In this document: one piece after another, positions 60,694 to 64,000 of the stretch | Position numbering within the stretch: the first letter of the stretch is position 1 | How the letters are laid out: every line of letters begins with the position of its first letter | DNA from: an uncultured Gemmatimonadales bacterium | GTDB lineage: Bacteria; Gemmatimonadota; Gemmatimonadetes; Gemmatimonadales; GWC2-71-9 | NCBI GenBank assembly: GCA_963825055.1 | Contig: CAWGSK010000009.1 | Location: 96,001-160,000, forward strand | Direction: 5' to 3' | Length of the DNA stretch: 64,000 bases | Notes under the pieces: model-generated | Databases searched by the model: none | What the model saw: only the letters and a program-made list of their open reading frames with translations | Told to the model about the DNA's origin: nothing | Made by a program: the position numbers and the translations under genes

Positions 60694-61577
60694 ATGCGCA
60701 TTCTGATCATCGGTGGAACGGGAAAGGTGGGGAGGGCGGCAGCGCGGCGCCTCGCCGGAGGCGGGCACGACCTCCGGGTCATGACCCGGGATCCTGCAGA
60801 AAGCCCGGAGTCTCCCCGAAGGCCAGCGCGGCGTGGTCGGGGACCTGGACGACCCGGCCTCGCTGGGGGCCCGCTCGAAGGAGTGGAGCGGGTCTTCATG
60901 GTGACCCCGCTCGACCAGCAGGAAACGACGCTCGGGACGAATGGTGTGGCGGCCGCCAGGGAGGCCGGGGTACGGGCGATTCATCTAACATGTCGGTTCA
61001 GGCCTGGCCGATGCGTTCCCGGAAATCCCCCACTTCGCCAGTAAAGTCCCTGTCGAGCGCGCCGTCGCCGCCAGCGGCATGGAGTACACCATCCTGCGGC
61101 CCAACAGCTTCTTCCAGAATGACGAGCGCCTGGTGGACGTCATCCGCGAGCACGGCGTCTATCCCCATCCGGTGGGAGCCGCATCGGATTGAGCGCCGTG
61201 GACGTGGCGGATATCGGCGAGTGCTGCGGCTCGTGCCCTGACCGGTGGGGACGGGTTTGCGGGGGCGCACCATCAATGTGGTCGGTCCCGAGGTCCGGAC
61301 GGGGGAGGACAACGCCGAGGACCTGGGCCGAGGTCCTGGGCCGGGGGAGTCGATCTACACCGGGGACGACGTCGAGAGCCGCGTGCGGGGACCAGCTCCG
61401 CAAGGCGCTCCCGTCGCGCCCGGGGGGGGGACGTGTCGCGGGATGGCCGCCAGTCCTGGCACGCGGCTTCAGCCGCCACCGACCAGGACCGGGCCGGAGA
61501 CCGAGGGAACTCCTCGGACGGGACGGACGGAAATACGAGGATTGGGTACGGGAGAGGGGGTCAAGGGGGAAGGGTGA
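60694..61577 (+). CDS. NmrA/atypical SDR NAD(P)-binding protein (heavily frameshifted)
   Basis: IIGGTGKVG, GVERVFMVTP, YTILRPNSFFQN, VDVADI. End approximate. Confidence 0.7.
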
Positions 61578-61591
61578 ACGGGAACGGCGGC

Positions 61592-64000
61592 TCACCTTTC
61601 ACCCCTCACGGCGTTGTCACCTCTTCTGCCATCTCCCTGAGAAACCGGCTGCCACCCCGCGTCTTTCCCCTCCCGGCGGGCGACGCGCGTGAGAACCCGG
61701 CGGTCGATGGCCCGTGTCATGCCGACATACAGCAGGCGCCGTCCCTCCCTGATCTCGCCCAGGCGGTTGTCCACCGTCTGGTAATATCCCGGAAGCTGGT
61801 AGTCCTCGACGCCCACGACGTACACCCGGGAGAACTCCAGTCCCTTCGTCGCGTGGAGCGTGAGGAGGTTCACCTGGTGGCGGTCCACCTCCGCCCCGTC
61901 GGAGGTGGACAGCGCCACATGTTCCAGCAGGCGGTCCACCGATTCTTCCATGCTGTCCATCTCACTCGCGGCGATGATCCCCCGAAGCCGTGCGATCGCC
62001 TCGGGGTAGCGGTCCTCCGGCTCCCGCTCCTGCCGGAGCCGATCCATGAGGCGCTGTCCCCCGAGGGCGTCAATGAGCGCGTCCACCGTGGGCACCGCCG
62101 GATCCGCGAGGCGGGTGCGCTCCATTTCATATGACTCGAGGCAGCTGCTGTACCGTCCCAGGGCACGGGCGCGGCTTACCTCGAGCAGCGTACGCGCTTC
62201 GGCGGACCCCGGACGGGGATCTTCGAGCGCGAGGCCCACGCCCAGCCAGTCCATCAGGTTGACGAGCGAAGCCTTTCGGGCCCTGGCGACTTTCTGTTTT
62301 CCCAGTTCCACGAACACCCGGCCGAGTGTCTCGGCGTCGTCGTCGGCATGGTGCGAACGGCCCGGGTCGATCCCGAACCGCTCGGCAAGATCGACGAGCT
62401 TGGCGCTGCCGCTGGTGAGCGACCGGGCCAGCGGGAGGGAATCGAAGAAGACGAGCCCTTCGGCGCCGGGAAGCCCTTCGGCCATGCGGCGCAGCACCGG
62501 CACATCGAACATCAGCCCGTTGTGCGCGACGAGGATGTCCTCACCGACGAATGCGCGGAACGCGGGCCATACCTCCTGGAACGTCGGCGCGCCGGCGACA
62601 TCGGCATCGGTGTACCCGTGCACCTCGGTCGCCTTCGGGTGGATCGGGAGCTCCGGACAGACCATCGCCCGGTAGCGGTCCACGACATCTCCCCCCCGCA
62701 CGCGGACGGCGCCGATCTCCACGACGGCGCACGTCTCCGTATCCTTGTCGGTCGTTTCCAGGTCGAAGGCAACGAAGCTGTCGAACTCCTCCCCGAAGTC
62801 GCGGCTGTGCAGGAGTTGCAGCGCCTTGAACAGCGTGAGGGGGTCCGATTCGACCGTGAGGTCCCCCGGCCCGGGCTCGCGGGCGCGGTCGGGTGCGTTC
62901 AGGTACTCGACCGTGGTCACACCCGAGGCGAGCAGCATTCCCCGGAGCGCGATTTCGATCCCCCGTCCTGGGGGGAGCCAGACCTGCTGCCGCCCGTGCA
63001 GGGCGGCGGAAAGCCGCCCGGCCAGCTCGGGAGCGCCGGGAAACCGGGCGGGATCGGTCAGTTCGTCATGGCGGTCGTCCAGCGGATTCCGGTACTCCCC
63101 CACCTGCTGGGAGAGGAGGTCCTGTACCAGTCCGTGCAGCGTCGACGCGGCCTGCCAGGTGCCGGCCAGGTTCTGGACGTGATAGACAAAACGCCAGGCC
63201 TGTTTCGTTTCCGGCGCGCTCGACGGGCTCGCCCTCGCGAAGGCTCGCACGGCGGCAGGGAAATCCTCGTCGTGCCCTGGCTGGCGCAGGATCTTCTCCA
63301 CCAGATGACGGGGGAGCACCCGACGGGCGAACGCCTCCACCAGGGCCGAATCCTCCGGCGACCGCATTACCCGCAGGGCGGCCACCACGAAGCCGATCAC
63401 CGGGTCGTCCCTGAGCGCCCGCCCTCGGGCCAGCCGGCAGGGCAGGCCGGACTGCACCAGGGCGCTTTCCAGGGCCACGCCGACCGAGTGCTTGCGGTAG
63501 AGGATGGCATAATCGCCCCAGTCCCGGGGTTCGGCATCACGATCCTGCCGCAGGTCTTCGATCAACCAGGCCGCCTCCGCCTGCTCGTCCTCGAAGTGCC
63601 ACGCCGTGACCTCGTGCCTGGAATGGCGCTCGGCGCGAAGCTGCTTCTCGAAGAGCGACGGCTCCGCAGTCACCAGCTGCCGGGCCATGGCGAAGATCTG
63701 GGAAGAGCATCGCCGGTTCAGGTCGAGGACGTATGGCTGGTCGATCCCGAAGTCCGTGGCGTAGCGCCGGAGCACCTCGGGGTCGGCGCCGCGCCAGGAG
63801 AAGATGGACTGCTCGTCGTCACCCACCGCGAAGCAGTTCCGGTGACCTTCGACCAGCGCGCGGAGAATCCGGTACTGGACCGGGTCGAGGTCCTGGAACT
63901 CATCCACCAGCACGTAATCCCACTGGGCGGCCACTGCGTCCCGCACCGAAGGATGGCGGTGGAACAGGTCGGCGGTGCGCTCGATCAGGCCGTCGAAGTC
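61592..64000 (-). CDS. UvrD/REP helicase with internal DEDDh 3'-5' exonuclease (5' end beyond window)
   Basis: VDEFQD, VGDDEQSIFSWRGA, TLHATKGLEF, LLYVGMTRA; insert FDLETT...VAHNGLMFD...HHADDDA. Confidence 0.9.
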   Translation of the reverse strand, partial: DFDGLIERTADLFHRHPSVRDAVAAQWDYVLVDEFQDLDPVQYRILRALVEGHRNCFAVGDDEQSIFSWRGADPEVLRRYATDFGIDQPYVLDLNRRCSSQIFAMARQLVTAEPSLFEKQLRAERHSRHEVTAWHFEDEQAEAAWLIEDLRQDRDAEPRDWGDYAILYRKHSVGVALESALVQSGLPCRLARGRALRDDPVIGFVVAALRVMRSPEDSALVEAFARRVLPRHLVEKILRQPGHDEDFPAAVRAFARASPSSAPETKQAWRFVYHVQNLAGTWQAASTLHGLVQDLLSQQVGEYRNPLDDRHDELTDPARFPGAPELAGRLSAALHGRQQVWLPPGRGIEIALRGMLLASGVTTVEYLNAPDRAREPGPGDLTVESDPLTLFKALQLLHSRDFGEEFDSFVAFDLETTDKDTETCAVVEIGAVRVRGGDVVDRYRAMVCPELPIHPKATEVHGYTDADVAGAPTFQEVWPAFRAFVGEDILVAHNGLMFDVPVLRRMAEGLPGAEGLVFFDSLPLARSLTSGSAKLVDLAERFGIDPGRSHHADDDAETLGRVFVELGKQKVARARKASLVNLMDWLGVGLALEDPRPGSAEARTLLEVSRARALGRYSSCLESYEMERTRLADPAVPTVDALIDALGGQRLMDRLRQEREPEDRYPEAIARLRGIIAASEMDSMEESVDRLLEHVALSTSDGAEVDRHQVNLLTLHATKGLEFSRVYVVGVEDYQLPGYYQTVDNRLGEIREGRRLLYVGMTRAIDRRVLTRVARREGKDAGWQPVSQGDGRRGDNAVRGER

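Noticed and set aside
51095..61700. Programmed frameshifting or a genuine pseudogene island
   Set aside because: Many indels across unrelated genes with preserved catalytic motifs fit sequencing error better.
1..64000. tRNA, rRNA, IS elements, integrase, prophage
   Set aside because: None recognised by eye; no transposase, integrase or phage structural motifs.

Overview
This 64-kb window is high-GC, gene-dense bacterial chromosome. Gene content and intergenic repeat style suggest Gemmatimonadota, but that is an inference. I can support about 58 protein genes and see no rRNA, tRNA, CRISPR array, transposase or phage. Most genes are housekeeping, envelope or stress functions. The most interesting candidates are: (1) a five-gene operon (esterase, ATP-grasp, circularly permuted ATP-grasp, YbdK-like ligase, gamma-glutamyl hydrolase) that looks like a ribosome-independent peptide or gamma-glutamyl pathway with unknown product; (2) a HEAT-like protein coupled to an HD-GYP phosphodiesterase, both starting with the same unnamed 'YxxGHPAR' domain, behind a sigma-54-like promoter; (3) a lone lasso-peptide B2-type protease coupled to an M48 peptidase; (4) a kinase, NarL regulator, TonB receptor and membrane protein module with tandem operator-like sites; (5) a recurring TGTGAC-N4-GTCACA palindrome at divergent promoters; (6) families of 7-8 nt intergenic tandem repeats, often as inverted arms; (7) a UvrD helicase with an inserted DEDDh exonuclease. 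From about 51 kb to 61.7 kb nearly every gene has frameshifts, most simply explained by sequencing or assembly indels. All family calls come from motif recognition, not database searches.
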